From Octopus sinensis (lineage: Eukaryota): a stretch of DNA of 64,000 bases. A program made the translations under genes and the position numbers. Under the pieces are notes generated by a model. The model was not told the DNA's origin. It did not search any database and was given only the letters and a program-made list of their open reading frames with translations. The stretch lies in contig NC_042999.1 in the NCBI RefSeq assembly GCF_006345805.1, positions 48,794,001 through 48,858,000 on the forward strand. The letters run 5' to 3'. This document shows positions 26,090 through 38,349 of the stretch, one piece after another. Every line of letters starts with the position of its first letter. Within the stretch, counting starts at the first letter, position 1.

Positions 26090-26365
26090 AGTAATCTTAT
26101 TTTTGTCACGTGTTGTCTCTGCACTACTGGGCTCAACTCTGAGTGCCTTGGGGATGTGCTATGGTTTGTTATGTTGCCCTCATTGTTACTGAATTTATTT
26201 AGGATGTTGCCCTCATTGTTACTGAATTTATTTAGGATGTGTGCGGTGCCTAGTAGTGCTACTTTGTGTATGTTATATATATATTCGTTAATCATGGTGC
26301 TTTTGCTATGTATTTGTCTGAATATTGTTTTATCATATTTAAGGCGCCTATGATCTGAAAACAAA
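26090..26365 (-). mobile_element. R4/Dong-like LINE 3' tip (second family)
   Basis: IIGALNMIK and IYNIHKVALLGTAHIL; 33-bp tandem duplication at 26171-26236; ends in (AAT)n. Confidence 0.85.
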
Positions 26366-28082
26366 CAAAAATTAAGTTAAATTTACTAGAAACAAAAAGA
26401 TTCGAAAATTATTCAAAAAGAACTCTCGAAAACAATAGATTCCAAAACTTATAAACGCAATAAATTCCAAAATCTAAAAAAACCGCGGGAACTTATTTGC
26501 CAAATATTTACTTATTTAGAATATTTTAGTTCAGTATGACAAAAATTCTACTGTCCTGCAGTGGAATGCATACGTTTTTAATGTGCCAGTGACCCTAATA
26601 AGTAACACTGGCATGGATTTGTGAAGAAGTACATCTAATATTATTAATCTCAGTAATTGAATGGGACTTATTTCATCGACGTATTACTTTCAGAGGGATA
26701 TGAAAATGTAATGCAAGACAATTATGCTGACGCTCTCACAATACTACCAATGCTACACTCCATCTTATGCCATTGTTAATAACAAAGACTAATGCTGATT
26801 GCATTATTTAAGCTTAATACAAGGTCATGATATCAAATGATATGGAATATATAATGTTATGGAAGATATTGTAGTTCCGTACAAAATTCTAATACTAGCC
26901 TAGAAGCTATTGAAAAGAACTACTACCCATATGTATGTATTTGTCAAATAGTAAGCAAGTGACTACATATATGTTATTCCTCATATATCATGCTTCCACA
27001 GTGAAGTCTGTAACGCACCTTCGTTTTTGTATAAGTTACTCAAACGAAAATGAATGTAATATTATGAAATTGTTTCACTCCTTTCAATATCTGGCCTGCT
27101 TCTTTTCACATGTTGTTGCTTTCTTTGTTCAGCTCACAATTTGGGATTGTATAGAAACAATCCCATCCCGTGTTTTCTGTCTTCAAATAGGTGCAATATT
27201 TTTTTAAGAAAATAGTATATGTTTCAATAGATACTGGAAAACTTATAGATCGAGGAACCACGAGCATTCATTGCAATTGACTCTTCTTTACACCCGTAGA
27301 CTCTAGTAAGCTCTAAGACCGGAGAAAGACAGATTGAACTCGAATGGAGCGTGGCAGCTGAATTTCTTTGCTGAGTGAAAATACGAATGCGCTATCTGAA
27401 AATATAAATCTAAACAAACCTCTAGATTCATTCCCATTTTTTTTCAAAATTCTGAATTACGCAAAATGAAAACGCATATTAGTGAGATACAATGGAATGC
27501 AGCATTGTAGAAAAGCGTTAACATGAAAATACTTAGTGAAGTTACATCATAAATATATCGAATCTTATATAAATGATTACCGCTACTTATATAATCCCAA
27601 TATTTCAAGTCTTCTTTAGAGGGAAGAAAAGCATTTAGATTATATGCATAAATATGAAAGAATATTACATTTGATAAATATGCAAGAATATGACATTTAA
27701 TAAGCTTAAAGCAAAAGCGTTTAATCACAAACGAATTTTAATGATATTTGCATTAGTTTTCAAGCGGTTTATTGCTTTAAAATTGTATAATTAGATAATA
27801 GTTGAAAAATAATAAATCATAATAAGGCAAGCTCAAATCGTTAATGAATTTTCAATTACAACGTAACTGATTAAACGAATAAAATTTCTTTGTAACAATA
27901 TGTCTTAAAAATTTGCAAATGCAAACCTGCAAGCATGTTTGTAATCAGACTCTATCTATTACTACTAATACTAGAACTAATGCTATTCTTACTCATCATC
28001 ATCATCATCATCACCAGCAGCATCGTCGTCAGCATCATACGCATCATTATCATTATATATAGTAGTATTAGTAGTAGTATTC

Positions 28083-28295
28083 AGGTAGTGAGCTGACAGA
28101 ATAGTTAGCACGACGGAAAATTGGTCAGCACCATTTCGTCTGTCCTTACATTCTGAGTTCAAATTCCGCCAAGGTCACTTTGCCAGCCATTCTCTAGGGA
28201 TCGATGAAATAAGTACCATTTACCCACTGGAGTCGATGTAATCGGCTAGTTCCTTGACCGCAAATTTCAGGCAGTGTGCAGTCAGTAGAAAGTAT
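28083..28295 (+). mobile_element. tRNA-derived SINE (family of 3860-4050)
   Basis: gagctgacagaatagttagcac...ctgagttcaaattccgcc...gatcgatgaaataagtacca. Confidence 0.8.
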
Positions 28296-28329
28296 TATAA
28301 TCGTTATTATTATTATTTTTTTTAATGAA

Positions 28330-28830
28330 AATTCACAGCTTATTTTGCTGGGTATAATGGAAAGTGTCAGCTGTCCACAGCCAGCAGGCTAAAGTAACAC
28401 TTGTTTACTGGTCATGCTTCAAGAACCCTGCGAAGAATTCTCGCAGTTCCAAGCAATGCTAATTTTTGTAAGTGCTCCACTCTCACACTTGCACCAGTCA
28501 TTTTCAGCCATGTTGGCAGTTGGGTGCTGATACTTCCAACTGCACCAGTTATTACTGATATCACTTCATTGACGACAACCTTCGTATTTTCCACTTTAAA
28601 TTGTTGTAGTTGTTTTTTTTCTCTTCTTTTACATTGATCTTGTCACCTGAGCATCCTATATCGATAATTATACATGTTCTTTCTTTTTATTGACCACAAC
28701 AATGTCCGGTTTCCTATGTCTGGTCAGGTGATTGCACTGGATCATTACATCCCACAGGATTGTGCAGTTCTCATTTCCAGTGACTCATTCTGGGGTTTGT
28801 TAATACCACGTTTTTGCCCTATGTAGGCCA
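28330..28830 (-). mobile_element. R4/Dong-like LINE RLE fragment (third family)
   Basis: NENCTILWDVMIQCNHLTRHRKPDIVVVNKKERTCIIIDIGC and VEHLQKLALLGTARILRRVLEA*. Confidence 0.88.
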
Positions 28831-29120
28831 TGAATCAGTATGTTTTGTTATAGGAATTCTTTTGAGATTCCACTTGTATTAGTTTTTGCATTGTGTGTTG
28901 TTTCAGTAGCGCAGGTTGTGATCTGTCGGGTTTTGCTAATATTGCGTATTTAGAATATCAGTTTATTCTTGTATTTTTTTTGTTTTTGTTTTTGTGGGGT
29001 GGTTGCATTGTAGTCTGTGCAAATTATAAATCAACTCTTTCAAACTATTTATGATTATCTGCCCACCGTTCTTCCTCCTTTGCTTGTTTTTTTTATGGGT
29101 TCCGTTTTTTTAGCATTTAC

Positions 29121-29182
<62 letters not shown>

Positions 29183-29183
<1 letters not shown>

Positions 29184-29740
29184 GAATGAGCGAGCAGAGC
29201 ATGCCATCGAAGTGACACTGGGGTAAAATATACGAAGCCCAGTATACCCATCATGACTACCCGTCTGATAAGGGTACACCAGGCACATGCATCACAACCA
29301 TATGTGCGCGACATGGTGATCCCATATCAAGATAAACAGCACATGACCTTGCAGGTGGAGCCCAGTTAGAATTTTCTTCAGATCGAGTAACCCATCCCGC
29401 TCAAAAGGTCCCTGAATAAGGGTTGTTTAAGGACGTTGAACGAAACACCCATGTTTCCAGAGGTGAATTATTCAAACCCCAAAGAATCCTTCTCAACACA
29501 TGACTATGATGGCCCCCCACTACTTCTGCTCGTGATCAGAGATGCACATATCGTCAGCCACTAAGGGACATGCACAACTGGTTAAGGTCAAACAACTGAC
29601 AAGCAAATATGTGGTATTGAGCAGAATATTTGCAGTAGCCCATCTTTTATATCAAGACAAAACAATGTACATGATAACACTTCCAATCAGTTAAGATCAG
29701 AAGCCATGAGAGCCACTGCCTGGTACTGCATCAGGGCATT
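29183..29740 (-). mobile_element. ~560-bp non-coding interspersed element flanked on both sides by (ATT)n, copy 1
   Basis: Homologous copies at 30930-31470 and 19515-19995; no coding similarity recognised; strand inferred from co-orientation with adjacent LINEs. Confidence 0.8.
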
Positions 29741-29754
29741 TATTATTATTATCA

Positions 29755-29842
<88 letters not shown>

Positions 29843-29889
29843 CATCATCATCATCATAATCATTATCATCATCATTATTATTATTATCA

Positions 29890-29920
<31 letters not shown>

Positions 29921-29952
29921 TATTATTATTATCATTATTATTATTATTATTC
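29740..29952. repeat. (ATT)n/(ATC)n array
   Basis: Direct inspection. Confidence 0.98.
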
Positions 29953-30516
29953 TATGTTTGACTTTTGCTTTATATTTGTACAAGTTGGCTCCAAGTCTCA
30001 CCCAGAGACCTCAAGAGACAACAGGGTTGGAAGTTCATGTTGTTGTTATGCCTAGTGTGCCATATATTTGGGGGGTGGGGATGTTGTACTAATGAATGTT
30101 TAAAAAAAAAAAAGGGTTTTTTTTTTCCTTTTTCTTTTTTTTTTTCCCCTTCCTCTTTAAACCGAAAATTATGGTTGTTTTAAACCTTGAGGTTACATAG
30201 AGAGTATTTTGCGTAGGATATGAGCAGTTCCCATGAGCAATATCTTTTGAACCTCTGCCATTTTTGGGTTTCCTGGTATCTGAGTTAGGTAGCTATCAGC
30301 CCCTTTTGCTATCATTCCCAGGGCACCTATGACAACAGGTATTGTTTTAGTCTTCAGCTTCCACATTTTGCTGATTTCTATTTCAAGATCTTTATATTTG
30401 CTCAGTTTTTGGTAGGTCCTGACAGATACGTTTATATCGATTGGGACAGTCATATCAATGAGGAGGCATGTTCTTTGTTTGAAGTCTTTCAATATGATGT
30501 CTGGCCTATTTGCATC
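29953..30516 (-). mobile_element. R4/Dong-like LINE RLE fragment with 3' UTR (fourth family)
   Basis: RPDIILKDFKQRTCLLIDMTVPIDINV...KYKDLEIEISKMWKLKTKTIPVVIGALG...GTAHILRKILSM*; both ends in (ATT)n. Confidence 0.92.
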
Positions 30517-30534
30517 TTATTATTATTATTATTA

Positions 30535-30577
<43 letters not shown>

Positions 30578-30632
30578 CATCATCATCATCATCATAATCA
30601 TTATCATCATCATTATTATTATTATTATTATT

Positions 30633-30905
30633 TACTTTTAACCTGCAGAAGATTCGAACTGGCTTTTAACCTGCATGTTTGTTATAACCACTCGCCGAGA
30701 CACATCCAGCCTCCTAGAGCAAATGAAAGATAAGAGATGTTACAGTATGACTTGAAGCTTGCGGAAGGCAAGTGGCAGGGTTAGTAGTGAAATATCTTCA
30801 TGTAATACAACACATACATTTAAACAGTTGGAGTTTTTCTAAGGATGTGGGCAGTACTTGTCAGCACAATCTTTTGGACTTTTCTGAGACATGGTTCTCT
30901 TGGGA
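30633..30905 (-). mobile_element. R4/Dong-like LINE 3' tip (fifth fragment)
   Basis: IPREPCLRKVQKIVLTSTAHILRK plus 3' UTR, between (ATT)n tracts. Confidence 0.8.
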
Positions 30906-30929
30906 TATTATTATTGCTATTGTTATTAT

Positions 30930-31470
30930 TTTTACAGTGTGAGAGACAAGGGCATGCTATCAAAGTGACACTGGAGTGCAAATATACGAAGCCCAGTAAA
31001 CGCATCATGATTACCAGTCTGATAAGATGCACCAGGGACATGCATCACAACAATGTGTGCGCGACATGGCGATCTCGTATCAAGAAAGACAGCGCATGAC
31101 CTTGAAGGTGGAGCCCAGTTCGAATCTTCTTCAGGTCGAGCAACCCATCCTGCTCAAAACATACTTGAATAAGGGTTGTTTAAGGATGTTGAACGAAACA
31201 CCCATGTTTCCGGAGGTAAATTATTCTAACCTCAAAGAATTCCTCTTAACACAAGGCTATGCGCCCCCACTATTTCTGCTCGTGATCAGAGACACGCATA
31301 TCATCAGTCACTAAGAAACATGCTCAACTGGTTAAGGTCAAACAAGTGACAAGCAAATCTGTGTTATTGAGCAGAATATTTGTTGCAGTCCATCATTTAC
31401 ACCTAGATAAAACAATGTACATGATAGCACTTCCAATCGGTTAAGATCAAAAGCCATGAGAGTATTACGT
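30930..31470 (-). mobile_element. ~560-bp non-coding element, copy 2
   Basis: gcatgctatcaaagtgacactggag...ggagcccagtt...ctgctcgtgatcagaga...gttaagatcaaaagccatgagag, collinear with copy 1. Confidence 0.85.
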
Positions 31471-31529
31471 CAGGGATATTATTATTGCTATTATTATAAT
31501 TATTTCTTTAATTATTATTGTATCATCGA

Positions 31530-33430
31530 AAATATTATTAATATATTTTCAATAAATGATCTACAGATATTGTTCAGCTGGCGCATTTTCTTAGTGTCAT
31601 ATCCCTTCATGACACCTCACCAACTTAAAAACCCTCATCCGTTATGATTCTCTCAGCCACCCAAATAGCAAGCGTTTGGCATTAGTGTTGTACTGACTTC
31701 AATTTTCAATTATCTTCCCTCATTCCTCCCGTCGGTTGATAGAAGTACAGAGTAATCCTACAACGCAAGAATGATTTGAGCCTTATGAACACATTGCGCA
31801 TGTTTTGTTATATATTTCTTACATGTTACCTTGTTTGTCGCTTTGGTATCAAAAGGCATGCCAACTTCTTTACATGTTGGCTTACAGAATAATTACCGTT
31901 GTCATTCCCTATGACCGTTTCCCTCATTCTGTTCGTATCATATTTCTGCAAATACGATACCCAGATTATGGTAAATTATGCATTGAAAGATAGCAGCATA
32001 TCTGCCATGGTTGCATTTTTGGGAGACTTTTTGTACGAATCTCGGGCTCTCATGTATTCTATTCTATAATTCTCATAACATTCTATGTCCCATGTTTTGC
32101 TATCACGGTCGCTTCCTCTGAACTTGTTGAGCTTTTCGTGTATTTTTTTCTAGGTGTGGCTTTACTTTCTGTGAATATCCCCTTCTCCTTCCTAATCGAG
32201 AATACATACTGCTATTACCCCAATAGTTTTTTCACACCATATATTCGAAAATTGTTTATCTTTGTATTTACACACTGAAACGCTTCCTTCCTCTTCTCTC
32301 TGCTTCAGGCAGAGTTTTTCTATATTATATTAGAGGTGCAGTTCTATCTACTTTGCTAAGAGTTTGCTCGTTCTCCAGCCACCTATTTGCCGTAATTGTT
32401 CTTTTGTCTAGCTAGTAGTATCTGCGCTATATCTGATATCACACCGGAATTTTACACAGGAACGTATTCAAACATTTGAGTCTTGATTTATAATGTGTCT
32501 AAACAACCTGTAGTAGTTTCCTTTTTCATTATTTTGTCCTTTGCACCAGCGGCTTTTAGTTATCAAGATATTTGTATCATCCTTCTAGTTATAGCTCTTT
32601 TATAAATTCCTCGCTTCGAACATTGGTTTCATCGCAGCAGCGGTATGTTCCCGTCTTTATTACTAAGGCTGTACACTTGCTTATCTCCAACACCATTTTG
32701 ATGTGTTCAATGAAAAATCTAACTGAATTTAGCAGAGTATCTAACTGCTTTCTCGGTTTTGCTGCAATGCTTAAAGTAATCTATACATAGCAAATGAGTT
32801 GTGCTTACGTTCTTCTTTCCAACTATATGGTTTGCTTACTTTTTTTTAGAAAAGCTGAGATAGGAATCAGCAATAAGAACATCATAGGTGACATGCTAAC
32901 CCTTGAAAATACATCATTTTATTTTACACTATTCCGAAACATATTTCATAAGATATGAAGTTTTAGTTTTTCAAGACTTCATACTGCTTTCAATCATACT
33001 CGTAAATTTTTGATTAGTTTTAGAGAGGACTGACATTTGAGGATACCATATCACAGGCATTTTTGAAGTCGATCCAGCCTAGAGCCAGTCGTAATTCTTT
33101 AATTTTGCAGTTCCTCATCATAGTTCTATCTATCAACATTTTCTCTTTGATGTATTTGGCTTCCTGTCTGCAGTCTTTTTTTCCTTAGGTTGGATGCATT
33201 TGTCTCGCAGCTTGTTGTATATCGTATATCACTTTAGAAACTATTCCTGTGAATATTTACCATAGTATTCGGAGAGATGATTGGGTGATAGTTTGTAGTA
33301 TCTGCTCCTCTGCTTTTATCTAGCATGATTAATTTCATTCTCACCTTAGTTGAGGAGTCAGGAGAAAATCCTTCTTATATATATTCCTCTAACGTTTTAA
33401 CTGGCATTTCTCAAGAATTCATTATATTCT
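31530..33430 (-). mobile_element. Old R4/Dong-like LINE including the RT core
   Basis: LIDRTMMRNCK...LGWIDFKNACDMV (RT motif) and IDYFKHCSKTE/QLDTLLNSVRFFIEHIKMVLEISKC (equivalent to MDDLKL...MEFG..KC); heavily mutated. Confidence 0.7.
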
Positions 33431-34319
33431 TATATCAAAGTACATGTACCCTATCTGGAGCAGGAACATTGCAGTTAAGTAATTTTCTAATCTGTTTCAA
33501 GAGCGATAGAGAGAGAGAGAGAGAGAGACACACACACATACACACACAGGCAGACAGACAGACAGAGACAGACGGAGAGACAGACAGATAGGCAGACAAA
33601 CAGACACACAGAGACAGCCAGTGATATATACATGTATACGTATAGGTATCGATAGATCCATGCATGTATACATATAAAGACATATCCACATATATTTATA
33701 TATGATATATATTTATGTGTATGTATGTGTCTTTTGTGCACACTCGTGAATAATTCCCTTTCTAAGTATTTATCTATAAATTTAATTTTAATTGCTTTTT
33801 TATTCTTAACAATTCATAACGGCAATGATAGCAAAATTCTGAATCTCAAAATAAATTCCAATATGTTATGTGCAAAATATACGAGATATTTTTTTGTGTG
33901 TGTGCGATTTCTACGTTTAAATCTCATATCTAACGATATTCGTAAAAATATAAATAAGTATAATATTCATTTAAAGCTCTAGTCCATTTTATATGTTACG
34001 AGAAGTTAATTATACGCTTTAGCAGATTTTATGCCAAATAAAAATATTTTCAGTATCATAAATGATTAGGCTAAATGCGCACGCGCACACATGCACCACC
34101 ACGCCCACACACACACTACGTATTTACAAACGCATAAACACTCAATCACAGACCACGAGTCTCATACGAACGTATGTATATATATGTGTAAATGCATACA
34201 TATTGGAACGAATGCATGGCACTCTGTATGCATGTTAGTAGATGCAAATGTATGTATACATACAGTCATACATCCATAACTAATTTATACAGAGAAACAC
34301 AAACACACACACACATACA

Positions 34320-34349
<30 letters not shown>

Positions 34350-34352
<3 letters not shown>

Positions 34353-35760
34353 TCATGCAGAATGAGTACTTTATTTTCATATAGATACACTTTATTCATT
34401 TTATTGTGTTTACAAGATCTTGAAGAATTATTTCTAGTTTTAAACTTACACTTGCATAACGGGCTGCGTACTGAGAATAATTTAAAACATATTTGGCCAC
34501 ATATATTTCACATGGATTTTTGTGTTTGTATCTTTTTTGTTACCATTAAAAACATTGAAGTATCTACTTCAGTTATTTTTGTCATCTATCTCTATAATTA
34601 CTTATTTTTCGTTTACTCCGCTTTTCACTGCGACATCCTGAGAAAACCATTCCTTTTTAAATTAGTCCCAGTATAGAAAAACGATTTATTATAGCCGTAA
34701 AGTACTCATTTGTAAACAGCAACAATTCGCTACACGTATTCCTTATGACAAAATTCCCTTTTCCTTTTATCTGTTAAAATTGAACATGGAAGTTCTTGTC
34801 CTGTGCCTTTTTGTATTTCGATAAAATGAGAATATACAAATGAGAATATATAAAAATAAGAAATAAGTGCATGTATATGTCTGTTATAGCGTACAGTGTT
34901 AGAAGCGATATTATCTACCCGGGGTTAGCTCACTTTGACGAGGCAAGGGTTGAACAGCATATAGTATTTGTGGCTCTTAGCCTTAATCAACTATGGAAAG
35001 CACTTGGTGGGCGTTGCTAGAAAACCCTTGTACAAAGAGACTTCAAACAGATGATTATTTTTCTTTCTGGCCCTCTTCGGGTGCGTGATGAAAGTGGGTG
35101 CTCCTCCATATATGCTAACTTCTCGTTAAACCTCTCCTCTTTTTAGTGGGAGCGGCCAAAGGAAAGAACTTCCTATCAGCTGAAACGTTCGATATTTGTT
35201 TGCTAAGGACTGAGACTAGATTTCCAATCACGGAAGTGTTGTGATTTAACCTTTTTTGGATGTAAAAATTTCCTCGTTAGTCTTCCTGTAAGAACACTCC
35301 TTGCCCGATTTCAGGTCTAGAGTCGTATGTAGGCACTCGACTGTGTTTAAGTTGGTGGGAACTGTTATGAACGGGCCGAATCCTTTAAATATATCTACCA
35401 GGTCCTTCCGACACGGCGTAGCCGTTCATACGGATTGAGAATGCCATGCTGTCTGTTTCCTAAATATATGGGACGTGACAAATATCGTCTAATCATGTGG
35501 ATAGAGTAAGTGTGCATCAGGAATAAAACCAGCGGAACTTTCTTGCTAGCTTCTGTAAGACGAATCATCTTACAATAATGCTTCTATCGCATATAAATTT
35601 CGCAATAAAAGTTAAATATGTATTCGATTTCCTATGTATAGGAGTCAAGAAAATTCGTAAGCAAGTAGTTACTTGTGGGTGTACGCCATTGATAAAGGGC
35701 AATGATGTCGAAATGAATATGGTGTTTTCGTTAGCTGGTGATGGGATATTCTTAGGCACC
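34350..35760 (-). mobile_element. Penelope-like element remnant (RT to end of GIY-YIG)
   Basis: HFDIIALY; ITVPTNLNTVECLHTTLDLKSGKECSYRKTNEE (cf. NLK.V.FLD.TL.L..G...PYRKPN); SKQISNVSADRKFFPLAAP; RNNSSRSCKHNK. Confidence 0.7.
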
Positions 35761-35929
35761 ATATGTATATATACATATATAAATATATATATATATATAT
35801 ATGCGTGTATGTATGTGTTTATGTATATGCATATATATCCATGCATATATATTCATACATAATATATATATATACACTCACATACATACATATATATATA
35901 TATATTAGATCGTTAGCTCCTGCACGCAT

Positions 35930-36100
35930 TTTTTTCTCTCCTTGTTTCTCTCCTTGTTTTTTTTCTCTGTATCTTTCTGTCGAAGAGCGTAGGCTCGAAA
36001 CGTAAGAGACTTTTTCTATTCCTGAGCGCTACACTAATACATTTGTTTGTTTGTACTCCACCTGGCTTCGTCTTTTGTTTATTGTCGTAAACTTTCCCTG
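35930..36100 (+). mobile_element. ~170-bp Penelope-terminal-repeat-like element (copies at 39430-39600 minus and 54500-54665 plus)
   Basis: Shared ...gaagagcgtaggctcgaaacgta...ctaatacat...cgtcttttgttt...cgtaaact, flanked by microsatellites. Confidence 0.75.
35971..36010 (+). ncRNA. Minimal type I hammerhead-like motif (core position 6 is U, not A)
   Basis: atcttt CTGTCGA a GAGC gtag GCTC GAAA CGT A agaga. Confidence 0.45.
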
Positions 36101-36154
<54 letters not shown>

Positions 36155-36169
36155 GAGAGACAGAGAGAC

Positions 36170-36286
<117 letters not shown>

Positions 36287-36299
36287 GATATTTGAAATT

Positions 36300-37740
36300 G
36301 TCTGTTGAGTCTCACTGGTGACATCTTGAAGACTTTACCTAAAAGGAACCTTTATGGCATTTCACAATGTCTGATTACAAACATTTATCAGTACAGTTTT
36401 AGCTGGTTCTGGTGAATGGCCACTTCGGGTTTTCTTTACTGGACAGTAAATCCGTGCGAAAGTTTTGACTGCTTAACAATAATCAAATCAGTGATGGATT
36501 CCATTCACTTTATTCAAAAGACAGTTTGGGTCTTATTAAAAGCTTGAGTAGTTTCCTTAAATGCTTCTCAGTAATGGATGTTAAGAAAGTCTCTTGGAAT
36601 TATGCGTTAATTGGATTGCTAAATGCATTCATCATGTTTCAAAAGATCGCTTCTAATTAATTTTCTAATTGCAGATTTGAATTGTCAACATATGCCGCTT
36701 CAAGCAAACGTAGGATGCATGACTCAAAGAAGTCATTTCTATTGTTATACGACTGTATATTACCAACGGTCATGATCCCTTTATCAGAGCCAACCTTTAT
36801 AGCATCGTCAACACTTCAATTGAAGCAATAATTGACCTATTATTTAAAGTCAACTGACAGGTTGTATGAATCTATGATTAAGTATTTTAGCAAAATGAGT
36901 CTCTATCCATCGCGCAAACAAATTTGTTTACTGTAAAATTTTTGCCTACTTGAAAATAGAATGTTAACCCTGAAAATCCTCTTTTCATCTAATCATCGAC
37001 TGTAATAATTTCTCCATTTCAGTCTCCATAGAAATAAGGTTATACCTCAAGTACGAAAGGATTGTAAATGAGGTTCACGTAAATATGCAAACTAGCTACT
37101 GATAAACAAGTGAAAGCAATACTTTTATGTACATATATAATACGTATATATGTAAACCTATACGACTGTATAGTATTGATACATCATTTTAGTGAATGGA
37201 ATTGAATAAAATATCACCAGTGGCTCTACGTGTCATTGAATATGACAAATGCGTTTCAAAACCTAAATGAAGCTGTTTTACAATCAGGCAACATCCACAT
37301 AAAATATATAAGATTATTTCACGGAGAATTACTTTCGCTGGTTGCGACTTGACTGCGTCTCGACTTTTTAAGTACAATCTTGAGCTGTAAGGGGAATCGC
37401 TAAAATATCAGACGGAGAATTTCTAATCAATTCCTGAATATATATAACAGCAAGACACTAATTTATTATTGCTGTGGCGTCTGTATGGATTTGCAGTTTG
37501 ACAAGAGGCCAAGGCTAATTTCGAAATGGTTGGGTCGAACATGTTTATAACAACTGACAATGAAACCAACCAGTCATAAAAATAATTAGGAACACTTATG
37601 TGTATAGCTTTAGGTATCACAGGTGAGTAAAGTTTAGACGAAAATAATTAATTTGAAGCAGTATCAAATACATCAGCAATGATTATCTTGAAAAGTTAGT
37701 TAACTAGAAAAATAACTTGAATATAATTAAAACCTTAGAC
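36300..37740 (-). pseudogene. Decayed LRR ectodomain C (no TM or TIR seen)
   Basis: ISVPNYFYDWLVSLSVVINMFDPTISKL; FTILSYLRYNLISM; EDFQG*HS; FLTSITEKHLRKLLKLL; LRRCT-like [17 protein letters not shown]. Confidence 0.4.
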
Positions 37741-38349
37741 TATCTGGCACGAAACTATAGCTCTAGTATGGTAAACGATACATACTATTAATAATATTAT
37801 TGAACACAAAATCCGTACGCTAATAAAATTTAGACAAAAGCAATATACAAAGCATTTATATACAAGCATACACACATACAGAAAGATATACAAAGAGAGA
37901 GTAAAGGAGAGAGAGAGAGAAAGAGAAAGCGAGGGGCAACGACAGAGGCAGGGACAGATTGTCGGCATGAGGAGACCTCGAGCAGCGTGAGACAGAATAT
38001 AATTTATTATTATTCAACGAGGCATTTACTTAGCAAATACTAGAAACGACATTCTACTACAAGAATTTGCTAAACATAGCCAAAAACAATATTTTTCAAT
38101 ATTAACTGAAACAGAAGTAGCTACTCGCCCAATAAATTCAATGATTTCCTCAAAATCAATGAATATGCTTCGCAGAAAGGACAAATGCAACCAAAGTAAT
38201 AAAACAAAACTGGATGTAGTAATCCACAACACACAATTCCAAAAATATCATAAATAAATAAACAATCTCGTGAGCAAACAAAATATGACACATCAGTATA
38301 TATCTCTAATTACCACATCTGAAAGAAACGCAATGTTAATAATAACAGT

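Larger units (their letters stand above)
23600..27950 (+). pseudogene. Decayed LRR-receptor-like gene E, split by LINE/(TAA)n insertions
   Basis: LRRNT-like TCSLIDLMFKCILVTLPTVHATLRIRN at 23869-23950. After the insertion: VKSVTHLRFCISY, CIETIPSRVF, THISEIQWNAAL*KSVNMKIL and HLISLKQKRLITNEF. Many stops. Confidence 0.45.

Noticed and set aside
35500-35760. TIR-like reading (TYLTFIAKFICDRSIIVR) as the 3' end of LRR gene C
   Set aside because: Adjacent frames fit Penelope RT motifs better and continue collinearly to 34350
36300-37740. Academ-like DNA transposase reading (also considered for 61300-61800)
   Set aside because: Only scattered weak matches; the LRR and TIR readings explain more motifs in the right order
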